From Candidatus Lustribacter sp. (GTDB lineage Bacteria > Vulcanimicrobiota > Vulcanimicrobiia > Vulcanimicrobiales > Vulcanimicrobiaceae), in NCBI GenBank assembly GCA_965277805.1, contig OZ255842.1, positions 4,352,001 to 4,416,000 on the forward strand: a stretch of DNA of 64,000 nucleotides, given 5' to 3'. Made by a program: the position numbers and the translations under genes. The notes beneath the pieces were generated by a model. That model saw nothing but the letters and a program-made list of their open reading frames with translations, was not told the DNA's origin and searched no databases. Positions 41,132 to 50,461 of the stretch are shown here, piece by piece. Numbering within the stretch: the first letter of the stretch is position 1; every line of letters begins with the position of its first letter.

Positions 41132-42340
41132 TTAAACGGGTTGTGGCTCTGGCGGGTGTTCGTTGCGGAGCTGCGAGTTGTACATCGCTTCCCACTCTTC
41201 ACCTCGCGAAATGCTCAGCGCGTTCAAGTCGTAGGTCCACGAGCTCAGTGTTTTGCCGCCGCGCAGCGCGCGTAATTCACGCTGCCAAATCTTGCGAATC
41301 AAGATGACCGCGCGATCGCTCTGGCCGAGGCGCTCTGCTGCCGGCGGCGCGAACGCCTGGGCAACGTCGTCTTGAAGGCGCACCCAATCGACAGTTTCAG
41401 GGTCGATCTGATCCAGATACAGCTCACCGGCCAGGATCTTCTTTACGAATTCGCGGTTCGGTCCGACGCGCTTCGCTAAACGCGCTTTACGCCGCTCCTT
41501 GTATTCGGCTGCCTTATCTGCCGGCAGGCGAACTGCCGCCACGGTGAATTGCCAATGGCTTTCGTCATCGATCGGAACCCACCACGCCATAAACTCGCGG
41601 AAGATCGCGATCGTCGGATCGGTGGGCTGGGCCTTATGGTGGAAAATGTTGGGCATTCCAATTTGCGACTGTTGTTTGCGGTCGCGCCAGCGTGCCGAAA
41701 CGGTTATGCCCCAGCAGCTCTCTTCGGCCGAAATGACCGGGCTTTCGACGAAGCCGTCAAACGAGCCAGGATTGTTCTGATGCACGAACCCTGAGTGCGT
41801 CAAGTCACCTGCGTTCTCGAGATTATTAAAGTAATTGCAGTCGCGAACATAGCTGTCGCATTCGAGGAATCCCTCGAAGTCTTCTAGATTCGGATAGCGT
41901 GGGAAGGCGGGCGGTGCGCCTTCACCGAGATATGCGAATACGAGACCGAGATAATCGCGACAGGGATATGAGCGAATCGAAACTTTGTCGCAAAAGTTCT
42001 GCGGTTCTGCCGGTTGATCCGTACACTGACCGGTCCCGTCAAACTTCCATCCGTGGTAGAAACAGCGAATCTCGCTCGCTTCGACGATCCCGATCGACAT
42101 ACGCGCTCCGCGGTGCGGGCAAACAGCATCGACGAGATAGGGGTCGCCGTTGCTGCCGCGATAGAGGGCGTAATCGCAACCCATGATCTTTATCGGCTTT
42201 ACGCGATTCGCCGGAAGATCGTCGCTGTGAAATACCGGCTGCCAGAACGATCGCAGGTACCGCCCCCCTAAAGTGCCCGGGCCAGTCTCATGAAAGTTGA
42301 CGTCCTTCTTGGTGGCCGGACCTTGACGTACTGTTGGCAT
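41132..42340 (-). CDS. Rieske non-heme iron oxygenase, alpha-only type (phthalate 4,5-dioxygenase / O-demethylase-like)
   Basis: TGPGTLGGRYLRSFWQP; Rieske CPHRG...CFYHGW; mononuclear Fe site ENAGDLTHSGFVH and QD; ERLGQSDRAVI. Confidence 0.9.
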   Translation of the reverse strand: MPTVRQGPATKKDVNFHETGPGTLGGRYLRSFWQPVFHSDDLPANRVKPIKIMGCDYALYRGSNGDPYLVDAVCPHRGARMSIGIVEASEIRCFYHGWKFDGTGQCTDQPAEPQNFCDKVSIRSYPCRDYLGLVFAYLGEGAPPAFPRYPNLEDFEGFLECDSYVRDCNYFNNLENAGDLTHSGFVHQNNPGSFDGFVESPVISAEESCWGITVSARWRDRKQQSQIGMPNIFHHKAQPTDPTIAIFREFMAWWVPIDDESHWQFTVAAVRLPADKAAEYKERRKARLAKRVGPNREFVKKILAGELYLDQIDPETVDWVRLQDDVAQAFAPPAAERLGQSDRAVILIRKIWQRELRALRGGKTLSSWTYDLNALSISRGEEWEAMYNSQLRNEHPPEPQPV

Positions 42341-42392
42341 GAAGCCCTGATCCTGTTCGCGGCGTCCCGACGCCTGGCGAACACGGGCAACT

Positions 42393-42407
42393 ATACTGCA
42401 TCGGCAT
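42393..42407. promoter_or_regulatory. Possible LysR (BenM/CatM-like) recognition site
   Basis: ATAC-N7-GCAT (one mismatch to ATAC-N7-GTAT) between the divergent Rieske and LysR genes. Confidence 0.4.
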
Positions 42408-42495
42408 GGAAGGCGCTCCCCAATTGAATGGGAACCCGCGCCGTCCGCAAGTACGGCGGAGCCTTGGGCGACAGGGAGAATAAACCGCCTTAATC

Positions 42496-43449
42496 GTGCA
42501 GTCGCTCTTTAGTCTCCGCGATCTGGAATGCTTCATGGCCGTCGTGGAGCACAAGACGTTCAGCCGCGCGGCAAAGAGCCTCCACCTTGCCCAACCACCT
42601 TTGAGCCGGCGGATCGCGGAGCTGGAACGAGCGCTCGGCGCGCATCTCTTCATTCGTGGCGCACGGCAAGCCCAGCTTACCGACGCGGGTGTGGCTTTGG
42701 CGCGCGAGGCGCGCATCGTTCTCGAGCAGGCGAAGCTCGCCGAATCGATCGTTCGTGACGCCATTCAAGGAAAGACGGGACACGTCCGCGTCGGCTACGC
42801 TAGCCAAAGTGCATTTGCAGCCGTCCCGCCCGCCGCGCAGCTCTTCCGAAAGATGCATCCGCGCGCAACTCTAAAATTCGTTCGTTTCTTTATCGCGCAT
42901 CTGAACGACGCGCTGCGTTCAGGCGCGATCGATATCGGCCTCATCAATGGCTGGTTTGAAGCGGAAAATTTTCGTGCTGACTGCCTTGAAATCGATCGGC
43001 TCGTCATCGCGTTGCCGGAGAATCATCCGTTAGCGCAGCAAAGCGTTGTCGCGATCGCCGACCTTGCCGATGAACCGTTCATCGAATTCCCACGCTTTGG
43101 TCCGACTGGAATTCACGATCTCGTCCGAAGCGTGACAGCCCGTGCTGGATTTACACCGAAAGTCTCGCACGAAGTCGAAGGCCACAACGTGGTCACCGCA
43201 TGCGTTGCGGCCGGTCTAGGAGTTGCGCTCGTGAATGAAGCTGCCTGTCGGCACGCGATCGGCGGCGTGGTGTTCCGCGAGATTTCGCCGCCCTCGCCCG
43301 AAGTTCGAATGACCGCGCTATCGCGTCATGACGAACTGAATCCGCTCGTTTTGTCGTTTATCGATCAACTGAAAATCGTCTGTGCCGATCGCCAAGCGAC
43401 TTCGCTTGGGACTAACGGGTCGCGAGTTTCTTCCCGCCCGGGCGCGTAA
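42496..43449 (+). CDS. LysR-family transcriptional regulator
   Basis: FSRAAKSLHLAQPPLSRRIAELE, LTDAG, VAAGLGVALV. Confidence 0.93.
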   Translation: MQSLFSLRDLECFMAVVEHKTFSRAAKSLHLAQPPLSRRIAELERALGAHLFIRGARQAQLTDAGVALAREARIVLEQAKLAESIVRDAIQGKTGHVRVGYASQSAFAAVPPAAQLFRKMHPRATLKFVRFFIAHLNDALRSGAIDIGLINGWFEAENFRADCLEIDRLVIALPENHPLAQQSVVAIADLADEPFIEFPRFGPTGIHDLVRSVTARAGFTPKVSHEVEGHNVVTACVAAGLGVALVNEAACRHAIGGVVFREISPPSPEVRMTALSRHDELNPLVLSFIDQLKIVCADRQATSLGTNGSRVSSRPGA

Positions 43450-44599
43450 CCGGAATCCAGCGTTTCGAGAGCGGGTCGAATTTCACCACCATCTCGGTAT
43501 TGATTCCGAGACCGCGTTGACTGCCATCGCGGAAGTCATAGAGTCCGTTGATGCCCGCAAAGCCATGCAAACCTTCGATATAATCGCGAACTTGCACCGC
43601 GGTAGCGTCCGGGCCGATATGCCGTAACGCATCGATCAGGATCATGGCAGGATCCCAGGCAAAGATATAGCCGTTATCCGGGATGACCCCGCGCGCTTTA
43701 AGCGCCCCATTGAATTGCTGGAGTGCATCGAGGATGGGTCCCGGGCGTAGCACCGTCACCCCCAGTCCGACCATCGAAGAGAAGTAAAGCTGCTTCGGCA
43801 AGATCGTGAGATACTGATTCATTTGATCGGTGATCGCATTTCCCGAGTTACTGAGAACGGGAACGTCAAGGCCGCTTTGCGTCAGTTGCTTCAAGATCAA
43901 ACCAAATGGTGTGCCCGTCGTCCACGCGATGAGTATGTCGGGTGAGGATGCCTGAATGCGTGTGATCTGTGCGGCGACGCTTAGATCTGTGATATTGAAA
44001 TGTTCGTTATCGACAATTGAGAGATCATGGTTTTCTGGCCGAAGCAGGGCTGCCTTAACGTTGTCCTCACCCTCCTGACCCGTCGCATCTGTAGATGTGA
44101 TCAACGCGATCTTGTGCCAGCCGCGTGTGTGAAAATACGTGAGCGCGCCACCGACCGAGTCTCGCACAGCCATGCTCGTCGAGAAGATAAAACTGTTTGG
44201 CGCCGGATGGATCGACGGTGACACGCAGTACGTGACGGGACCGGCTTTATTAACAATTGGCAGCACAGCCGAACACGTTCCCGAACCGGACGGCCCGAGC
44301 ATCACCGCTGTATGTTGGCCGATGAATTCGCTCGTCAATTGTACCGCGAGTGCGGGATTGCTCTGGTCATCGACGACTTCGAAATGCACCGGCCGACCGC
44401 GAATGCCGCCGGACTTGTTGGTCAGGTCTTCGACCGCTTGGAGGGCTAAGGCGTCCGAATGGCCGAGGAAGGCACCGGCTCCAGTTAGCGAGAGAACGGC
44501 CGGGATTGTGTACGTCGGCAGCGTCGCTGCGTCGGCCGAGGTCGTCCCTACGAACACGCCCAACAAAGCGATCGAAAATGCGAAGGCCCGTATACTCAT
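43412..44599 (-). CDS. LivJ-like (branched-chain amino acid type) ABC substrate-binding protein
   Basis: Signal peptide; LSLTG, NKSGGIRGRP, DDQSNP; paralog of 50981..52174. Confidence 0.87.
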   Translation of the reverse strand: MSIRAFAFSIALLGVFVGTTSADAATLPTYTIPAVLSLTGAGAFLGHSDALALQAVEDLTNKSGGIRGRPVHFEVVDDQSNPALAVQLTSEFIGQHTAVMLGPSGSGTCSAVLPIVNKAGPVTYCVSPSIHPAPNSFIFSTSMAVRDSVGGALTYFHTRGWHKIALITSTDATGQEGEDNVKAALLRPENHDLSIVDNEHFNITDLSVAAQITRIQASSPDILIAWTTGTPFGLILKQLTQSGLDVPVLSNSGNAITDQMNQYLTILPKQLYFSSMVGLGVTVLRPGPILDALQQFNGALKARGVIPDNGYIFAWDPAMILIDALRHIGPDATAVQVRDYIEGLHGFAGINGLYDFRDGSQRGLGINTEMVVKFDPLSKRWIPVTRPGGKKLATR

Positions 44600-44732
44600 C
44601 TTGCAAAGTGCCCCGCATGGGGAGCGAATCCTAGCGCTCGTAATATCAGTTTTGACCGTCTGCTATACGGAAGTAGTATCAAACGCGAGCTGGAAGGCGA
44701 TGGTGCTTTAAGGAAGCTGCATTCGTCCAACA

Positions 44733-46949
44733 ATGACTATCGAAGTTGCTCCATTCGTTGTACCCGCGATATTCAGAAGCGATGAGTATCGTGTCGAAGG
44801 ACGCGCCAAAGTTACCGGTGCGGCTCAATTTGCGGCGGACTTTCAACGCGAAGACATGCTCTGGGCAGCTTTTGTTTCGAGCTCGGAACCGCACGCCAAA
44901 ATACTTAGCTACGATCTGCGCGCGGCGCGCGAATTGCCGGGCGTACGCGCCGTTCTCACGGGCGAGGACCTAGCGGGCCGATATTTTGGGCGTGTTTTGG
45001 CCGATTGGCCCGTATTGGCGCAAGGCCGCGTCCTGTTCGTTGGCCAGTATGTGGTCGCCCTTGCCGCCGATACGCGCGAGATTGCTGAAACAGCAGCAGC
45101 GCTGGTGGTGGTTCACTACGAATCGTTGGAGCCGATCTTCGAGACAGCCGAAGCACTTGCCGACGACGCCACGATACTCCACGAGCAGCGATCGATCTAT
45201 GCTTTTCAAGGTAGACCTGGAACTGCACCGGTACAATCGCACGGGAACATTCAGGGCAGTCTTTTGGTGGAACGTGGCGATATAAGGGCCGGCTTTGCGT
45301 CGGCCGTGCGGACGTTCGAGCATACTTTTACGACTCCGCGTCATCATGGTGGTTACATCGAGCCGCGTGCCACGCTGGTTTGGGTCGAAGAGAACGAGCA
45401 TGTCCATGTGATCTCAACATGCAAGACGCCGTATGCACTGCGGAACATGCTGTCCGTGTGCACCGGCGTTCCGGTGGCAAAAATTACCGTCGAGCAATCT
45501 AACATTGGCGGTGACTTCGGCGCAAAGGGCTTATCGGTTGACGATTTCCCGTGTTACTTTCTGGCGAAAGCTACGGGCCGGCCAGTGAAGTATGTACGCA
45601 GGTATATCGAAGACGTCCGCTCGACGAATACTCGTCACGCAGCAACCGTAACGATGAAGACCGGGGTCGACGCGGCCGGAAGTATCGTCGCATTCTACGG
45701 ACGGGTCGTCTATAACGGCGGTGCATTTGCTGCCGCAAAGCCGGTACCGCACCTCTTACCTGGTTCATTTTTGTCGAAGACGCCGTATCGCATACCAAAC
45801 GCAAAGGTCGAGCTATTTTCGGTTTATACCAATACGGTACCGGCCGGACACGTGCGATCTCCGGGCGATGTCCAAATTATTTTCGCGTTAGAATCGCACA
45901 TGGATATGGTTGCCGATGAACTTGGCATCGATCCGGTCGACTTCCGGCTCAAAAATGTTCTGACCGGCGACGAACAGGATCTCGACGGCGCCCCGTATAT
46001 CTGTCCGCGCGGAAGAGACGTGCTCGAAATATTGCGGCGCGAGGGTGATTGGGATGTCCCTTTGCCACCCGGTCGTGGTAAGGGCATCGCGATAACCGCG
46101 CATCACATCGGACACGGGAGCTCGCAAGTACGAATGCGTCTCGTTCGCGACGGGACGATCACGATTTATACGCCACTTATGGATCAAGGGGTCGGTACGC
46201 TCACGATGCTAGGACGTATCGCCGAGGCAGTTTTGAATGTCGGGCTCGAACGGTTTCGGTTCGTTCAGGAAAATACGGCTGGGGGACTTGCGGAATCCGG
46301 TCCTGGCGCTACGCGAGTTACGGCAATCACGGGGCAAGCATGTCATGATGCGGCGCAGCAACTTCGTGCCCGGCTCGGCGATGCGGGTTGGAACGGAATC
46401 GAGAATAGCTATGCCCGTGCCGCGGAAGAGGCATGTATCCGTGGCGCGGTTGAGGTAACGGGCACCCACGAACGGCATTGGACGTGCGGCGAGCTCGATT
46501 CGCACAATTTCTCCGGTTATCTGGCGGACGTCTCGGTCGATTTGGAAACGGGCGCCGTTCGCGTAAACAAGGTCATCTTCGTTGCGGATGTGGGTGTCGT
46601 CATCAATCCCCTTGCTCACCAAGGACAGATCGATGGGGGCTTTATTTTTGGTCTCGGTCACGCGCTCAGTGAGGAGCTTATTGTGGAAGACGGCCGAATC
46701 GTCAACTTGACATTTGCCGACTACAAAGTGCCGGTACAAAAAGATATCCCGCCGTTCAGGACGATCTTGTTGGAAACCCCGGGCGGCCCGGGGCCTTTTG
46801 GCGCCAAGGCGATCGGAGAATCAAGTTCGTCTGCGATTGCACCGGCGATAGCGAACGCTGTTGCACGCGCGTGCGGTGTTCGCGTTGCGCAGCTCCCGAT
46901 CAGTGCGGAGCGTGTGCTGAATGGCCTTTCACAAAACGCGCGCGGTTAG
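44733..46949 (+). CDS. Xanthine-dehydrogenase-family molybdopterin-binding large subunit
   Basis: RVEGRAKVTG, YIEPR, IGGDFGAK, RSPG, DQGVG, INP...GQIDGG, GPFGAKAIGE. Confidence 0.92.
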   Translation: MTIEVAPFVVPAIFRSDEYRVEGRAKVTGAAQFAADFQREDMLWAAFVSSSEPHAKILSYDLRAARELPGVRAVLTGEDLAGRYFGRVLADWPVLAQGRVLFVGQYVVALAADTREIAETAAALVVVHYESLEPIFETAEALADDATILHEQRSIYAFQGRPGTAPVQSHGNIQGSLLVERGDIRAGFASAVRTFEHTFTTPRHHGGYIEPRATLVWVEENEHVHVISTCKTPYALRNMLSVCTGVPVAKITVEQSNIGGDFGAKGLSVDDFPCYFLAKATGRPVKYVRRYIEDVRSTNTRHAATVTMKTGVDAAGSIVAFYGRVVYNGGAFAAAKPVPHLLPGSFLSKTPYRIPNAKVELFSVYTNTVPAGHVRSPGDVQIIFALESHMDMVADELGIDPVDFRLKNVLTGDEQDLDGAPYICPRGRDVLEILRREGDWDVPLPPGRGKGIAITAHHIGHGSSQVRMRLVRDGTITIYTPLMDQGVGTLTMLGRIAEAVLNVGLERFRFVQENTAGGLAESGPGATRVTAITGQACHDAAQQLRARLGDAGWNGIENSYARAAEEACIRGAVEVTGTHERHWTCGELDSHNFSGYLADVSVDLETGAVRVNKVIFVADVGVVINPLAHQGQIDGGFIFGLGHALSEELIVEDGRIVNLTFADYKVPVQKDIPPFRTILLETPGGPGPFGAKAIGESSSSAIAPAIANAVARACGVRVAQLPISAERVLNGLSQNARG

Positions 46950-48424
46950 TCATATACCCCGCGGATGCTCCAGGCACTCGATTCGTGCGCGATGCGCACG
47001 AGGGAACCGTCGTCGAGCAGCACGTCGTACTCATCGCGCACCAACGGCTCGCCGGCGCCGACCGCACCGGCCCACCAGCCTTCTTCAACGCGCCACGGCC
47101 CGGCCGCATCGAGCACCGTTTGCGCGGGCGTGCCGACGAATCGCGGTGCGCCGCCGATCACGCGCACGGCGACCGCTTGCGGTGCGATCGGATGGAATTG
47201 CAGCGTTGCGGTCTGCGGTAACGGTGCCGGCGCGGTAACAGTCCAGCTTTTCGTTACGAGCGGTTCGAGCGTGAACGGGTCGTGCGCGAAGCGCCGCTCG
47301 ACGCGCGGACCGTTCACGATGCGCGTGCGCAACGCGCCGCCGTCGCCGAATGCGGCCTCGAGTCGCGCGAGCACGACGCCGAGCGCATCCGGATCCGGAT
47401 CGCCGGCCGCAAAGAGCGCGAGCGGCACGCCGCCGTCTTCGAGTCCCTCTGCAACGAGCCGCAAACCGGTGACGGGCGCGTCTAGCACGACGCCTTCGAG
47501 ACGTGCGCGCAGCAGGTTGAACAGCGTTGCCGGCACCGCGGTGGGCTGCGCGACGCGCGTGGTGAGTTCGCGGATGTCGCCGTTTTCGCACTCGAGCGCG
47601 AGGACGAGCCGTCCCGCGCGCTTCCCCGCCGCGCCCAAATCGTCGACGACGCGGTTGACCAGCGAGCGCAGCGCGAACAGCACGGCTTCTTCGGAGCTGG
47701 CTTCACCCTCGCCGTAACTGCTGCGGTCGATCCGCAAGGCGCGCGGGCGCGGGCGCAGCCGGCGGCGATCGATGCCGCACGCCCACTCATGCCAGCGTCC
47801 CGACGCCGGGCCGAAGCGGCGCACGAACGGTCCGTGCGGCAGCGCCGCCAGATCGCCCAGCGTGGCGACCCCAAGCAAGCGCAGCCGGTCGCAGACGTCG
47901 TCACCGCAATCGAGCAGCTCCAGCGGCAGAGGGCTGAGGAAGGCCGCCGGATCGCCGTCACAGATGGCCCCATCGCCGAGCATCGCCGCCGCCCGCGCGA
48001 CGAACGGGTTCGGCCCAAGACCGACCCGTAGCGGCAGATCAAACCCGGCCAGCGCGTTGCGGACCGCGCCGATCCAGCCGTAGGCGCTGCCCTCGATGCC
48101 GTGCATCTCAAGGAAGGCCCGGCCCCAGCCGCCGTCCTCAACCAGCGGCGAGGCGGCGTCGAGCGCCTCGAGCACGTCGGCCCAGACCGCCGCGTCCCGC
48201 TCGCGATCGTCGACCACGGTGCGGGCTTCGTTGGCCACGGCCTGCGCCTGGACGAGCGTCATCCCCGGCCGTACCCCAAGCGCCGCCGCCGGCAGCGAGC
48301 AGTCCACGACCCGGCCGCGTTCGAGCTTGTCGGCCACGATCACGGGTGCATCGAGGTCGACGGCCTGGGTCAGCCGGGCGACGGCCAGCCGGAACGCCGG
48401 GATCCAGAGACAGATAATCGGCAT
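46946..48424 (-). CDS. imuB: ImuB, catalytically inactive Y-family polymerase homolog
   Basis: GVRPGMTLVQAQA, LRLLGVATLGDLA, clamp-like PLALF and ImuB-C-type GPWRVEEGWW...RDEYDV...WSIRGVYD. The DxD and SxDE catalytic acids are absent. Confidence 0.87.
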   Translation of the reverse strand: MPIICLWIPAFRLAVARLTQAVDLDAPVIVADKLERGRVVDCSLPAAALGVRPGMTLVQAQAVANEARTVVDDRERDAAVWADVLEALDAASPLVEDGGWGRAFLEMHGIEGSAYGWIGAVRNALAGFDLPLRVGLGPNPFVARAAAMLGDGAICDGDPAAFLSPLPLELLDCGDDVCDRLRLLGVATLGDLAALPHGPFVRRFGPASGRWHEWACGIDRRRLRPRPRALRIDRSSYGEGEASSEEAVLFALRSLVNRVVDDLGAAGKRAGRLVLALECENGDIRELTTRVAQPTAVPATLFNLLRARLEGVVLDAPVTGLRLVAEGLEDGGVPLALFAAGDPDPDALGVVLARLEAAFGDGGALRTRIVNGPRVERRFAHDPFTLEPLVTKSWTVTAPAPLPQTATLQFHPIAPQAVAVRVIGGAPRFVGTPAQTVLDAAGPWRVEEGWWAGAVGAGEPLVRDEYDVLLDDGSLVRIAHESSAWSIRGVYD

Positions 48425-48433
48425 TGGGCGCCG

Positions 48434-48462
48434 ATTGTATCGAACATACGTTCGATACGCAA
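48434..48462 (-). promoter_or_regulatory. LexA (SOS) box inside the sigma70 promoter of imuB
   Basis: GTATCGAAC-ATAC-GTTCGATAC at 48437-48458. On the minus strand: TTGCGT (-35), 17 bp, TACAAT (-10), 9 nt, ATG. Confidence 0.9.
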
Positions 48463-48518
48463 GAGCCGGGATTCGCCGGTCCTTGCCTCGTCTGCAAAGA
48501 CTGGACGGCGCTGGTAAG

Positions 48519-48545
48519 CGCTAACCTATGAGTTAGCGATTTTTT
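48519..48545 (+). terminator. Possible intrinsic terminator or operator hairpin upstream of the GGDEF gene
   Basis: CGCTAAC-N6-GTTAGCG followed by ATTTTTT. Confidence 0.3.
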
Positions 48546-48599
48546 GGCGAACAGGGTCAGGATCTGTATGAGATTGCCTATCAATGAGGTCGTTTCCGA

Positions 48600-49466
48600 T
48601 TGTTCTTCCGCGTGAAGAAGAAGGCAAGCGCATCGGTAACTGTCGCTGAACAACTCGTGCTCGGCATAATCGGTCCTCCGGTAGCGACCCAACAAACACT
48701 ATCGAACGACGTTCTCATTCGGATTCAACGCGATTGGGCTTGCGGTTGCCGAACGCAGTTACTCTCGCCGGGGCTCTCCTCGTGGGAGCTGTGCCGGCGG
48801 CACGAAATCATGTATTTGGGTGCGGACGAAGGGAAGCCGTCGATCGGGCTGCGGGAGTGGCTCGAGGCGCTCGTTCATAATGTCCACGCTCCCGTTTGGA
48901 GTGCGCCGCTCGTCGGACTCGGCGTGGCGCTCGCAATAAAAGTCGCTTACGATTCGAAGGCGTTGGCGAAGCGCGCGAAAGAAGCCGAAAACACCGCCTT
49001 GATCGATCCGTTGACCGGTCTGTACAATCGCCGTGGTTGGAATCGCCGTGTCGACGAGGAGCAAAAGCGTCTAAAGCGCGATGCAAAAGCGCCCGTTGCC
49101 GTTGCTGTGTATATGCTCGACGTCGATGGCCTGAAAATTACCAACGATGAACGTGGGCATGCCGCCGGTGATGCGATTTTACGTCAGGTATCGAAAGTGA
49201 TTTCGTCGGTTACTCGGGAGCATGACATCACTGCCCGGCTCGGCGGCGATGAATTTGCGATCATGACGATTCAATCGCAACCTGCCGAAGCCGATCTCAT
49301 TCGCGCGCGCCTCGAGCGTGGCTTTCAATCGGCAAGCCTTGCGGTCTCGATCGGCTGCGCATTCGCCGAGTCGCTCGAGACGATCAGTGACGCGATGGAT
49401 CGCGCCGACAGCTTGATGTACGAAGCGAAGAAAAGTCGCGTCGGACGCGCCGCAAAAAGCCTCTGA
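48600..49466 (+). CDS. Diguanylate cyclase with N-terminal Cys/His motif and hydrophobic segment; start uncertain
   Basis: DPLTGLYNRRG, DVDGLKITND, GHAAGD, I-site REHD five residues before GGDEF, ADSLMY. Confidence 0.88.
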   Translation: MFFRVKKKASASVTVAEQLVLGIIGPPVATQQTLSNDVLIRIQRDWACGCRTQLLSPGLSSWELCRRHEIMYLGADEGKPSIGLREWLEALVHNVHAPVWSAPLVGLGVALAIKVAYDSKALAKRAKEAENTALIDPLTGLYNRRGWNRRVDEEQKRLKRDAKAPVAVAVYMLDVDGLKITNDERGHAAGDAILRQVSKVISSVTREHDITARLGGDEFAIMTIQSQPAEADLIRARLERGFQSASLAVSIGCAFAESLETISDAMDRADSLMYEAKKSRVGRAAKSL

Positions 49467-49552
49467 AACCGTGATTGTGTGATCTGCATCCGGGTACGAT
49501 GAGAATCTGAAAATGCGGATAACGGCCGTTACAGAGTTCCAGTTCTCGTAGC

Positions 49553-49831
49553 ATGCCGAAACATCCATCGCTAGGCGACCTTCGAGCGGTACTCGGCTTG
49601 TACGAGCTTTCGAGAGCACCCATGGAAGCGGTTAGTTCCGGCCAGGCAACGATCCTCATCGCCAAATGGGCGTGCGGCTGCTCGTCACGCGGAACCGACA
49701 TGCGCGCGATGGAACACCTGAACTGCAGCCGGCACGAGCGGATTGGGCCACGCCCTCCCTTCCCCGGCGACCGTAGAACGCGTTTACGGCGCCAGCGCGG
49801 TCAGATCGCCGAGCGTGGCGACGCCGAGTAA
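49553..49831 (+). CDS. Small hypothetical protein with WACGC-x14-CxRH motif
   Basis: Shares the exact motif and spacing with the N-terminal region of the upstream GGDEF ORF, which supports its being coding. Confidence 0.55.
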   Translation: MPKHPSLGDLRAVLGLYELSRAPMEAVSSGQATILIAKWACGCSSRGTDMRAMEHLNCSRHERIGPRPPFPGDRRTRLRRQRGQIAERGDAE

Positions 49832-49840
49832 TGCCAGTCG

Positions 49841-50461
49841 CTAACGCGGCTCAGCAGCGTACGAGCTGCCCGTCACCGGATCGATATAGACATCGCGTGT
49901 TGCAGACGTCTTGCCACGATGCTCCTCGAACTGCACGTGCCAAGTCTGTTCGTCGGCCCGATTGCTTTCGAACCCGCGAAGCAGCTCGACGTTCTCCACC
50001 TTCGTCAGCATGACGCCCGCACCAAGCTCGGCTTGCGCGCGCCGCACGGCCGCCATCGGCGTCGCAATCAATGGGTGAGTAGCGACGGGAGCACTCCCGA
50101 GCGCCAGGATCAAGGCGAGCGCCACGCCGAGAATGCCGATGCCGATTGCTAGTTCCTGGATCGCCACCGCGCCCTTGAGCCGCCCATCGTCAATCTTCGG
50201 CGTCGACGCATTGAGCAGCAGCAAGGCGCGCCCTAAAGCGAAGATGCCCGCGGCGGCGGCGACGAACAGAAAAATCCAAGACACGATCAGCATCGACTTC
50301 TGCAACGGCGTAAACGTGAAACCGGTCGGGGTCACGAGACCGATGCTAAAGACGAGCGCTCCGCTCGCAAGAGACAGAAGTAACTTACTGAGATCGACGG
50401 CCGCCGCGAACGCTGCCGGCACCGGCGGATCCTGGGCCTCCTTAACCACCGTCGCCGTCAT
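49841..50461 (-). CDS. Membrane protein (3 TM) with a PepSY-like C-terminal domain
   Basis: Three hydrophobic helices; C-terminal AVRRAQ...WHVQF...DVYIDPVTG. Confidence 0.6.
   Translation of the reverse strand: MTATVVKEAQDPPVPAAFAAAVDLSKLLLSLASGALVFSIGLVTPTGFTFTPLQKSMLIVSWIFLFVAAAAGIFALGRALLLLNASTPKIDDGRLKGAVAIQELAIGIGILGVALALILALGSAPVATHPLIATPMAAVRRAQAELGAGVMLTKVENVELLRGFESNRADEQTWHVQFEEHRGKTSATRDVYIDPVTGSSYAAEPR

Noticed and set aside
44733-46949. Aerobic CO dehydrogenase CoxL
   Set aside because: The active-site loop reads GHVRSPG rather than AYxCSFR or AYxGAGR, and coxM/coxS are absent.
46946-48424. Active DinB / Pol IV
   Set aside because: The catalytic acidic motifs are absent and the C-terminus is ImuB-type.
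48470-48560. c-di-GMP riboswitch upstream of the GGDEF gene
   Set aside because: Only a 4-bp GTCT-GCAA-AGAC hairpin and a separate 7-bp stem are present; the consensus two-stem architecture is not recognisable. An Infernal/Rfam scan would settle it.
49488-49531. CRP-like TGTGA half-site and 12-bp palindrome TAACGGCCGTTA upstream of the small Cys-motif ORF
   Set aside because: The second half-site is poor, and short palindromes are expected by chance.
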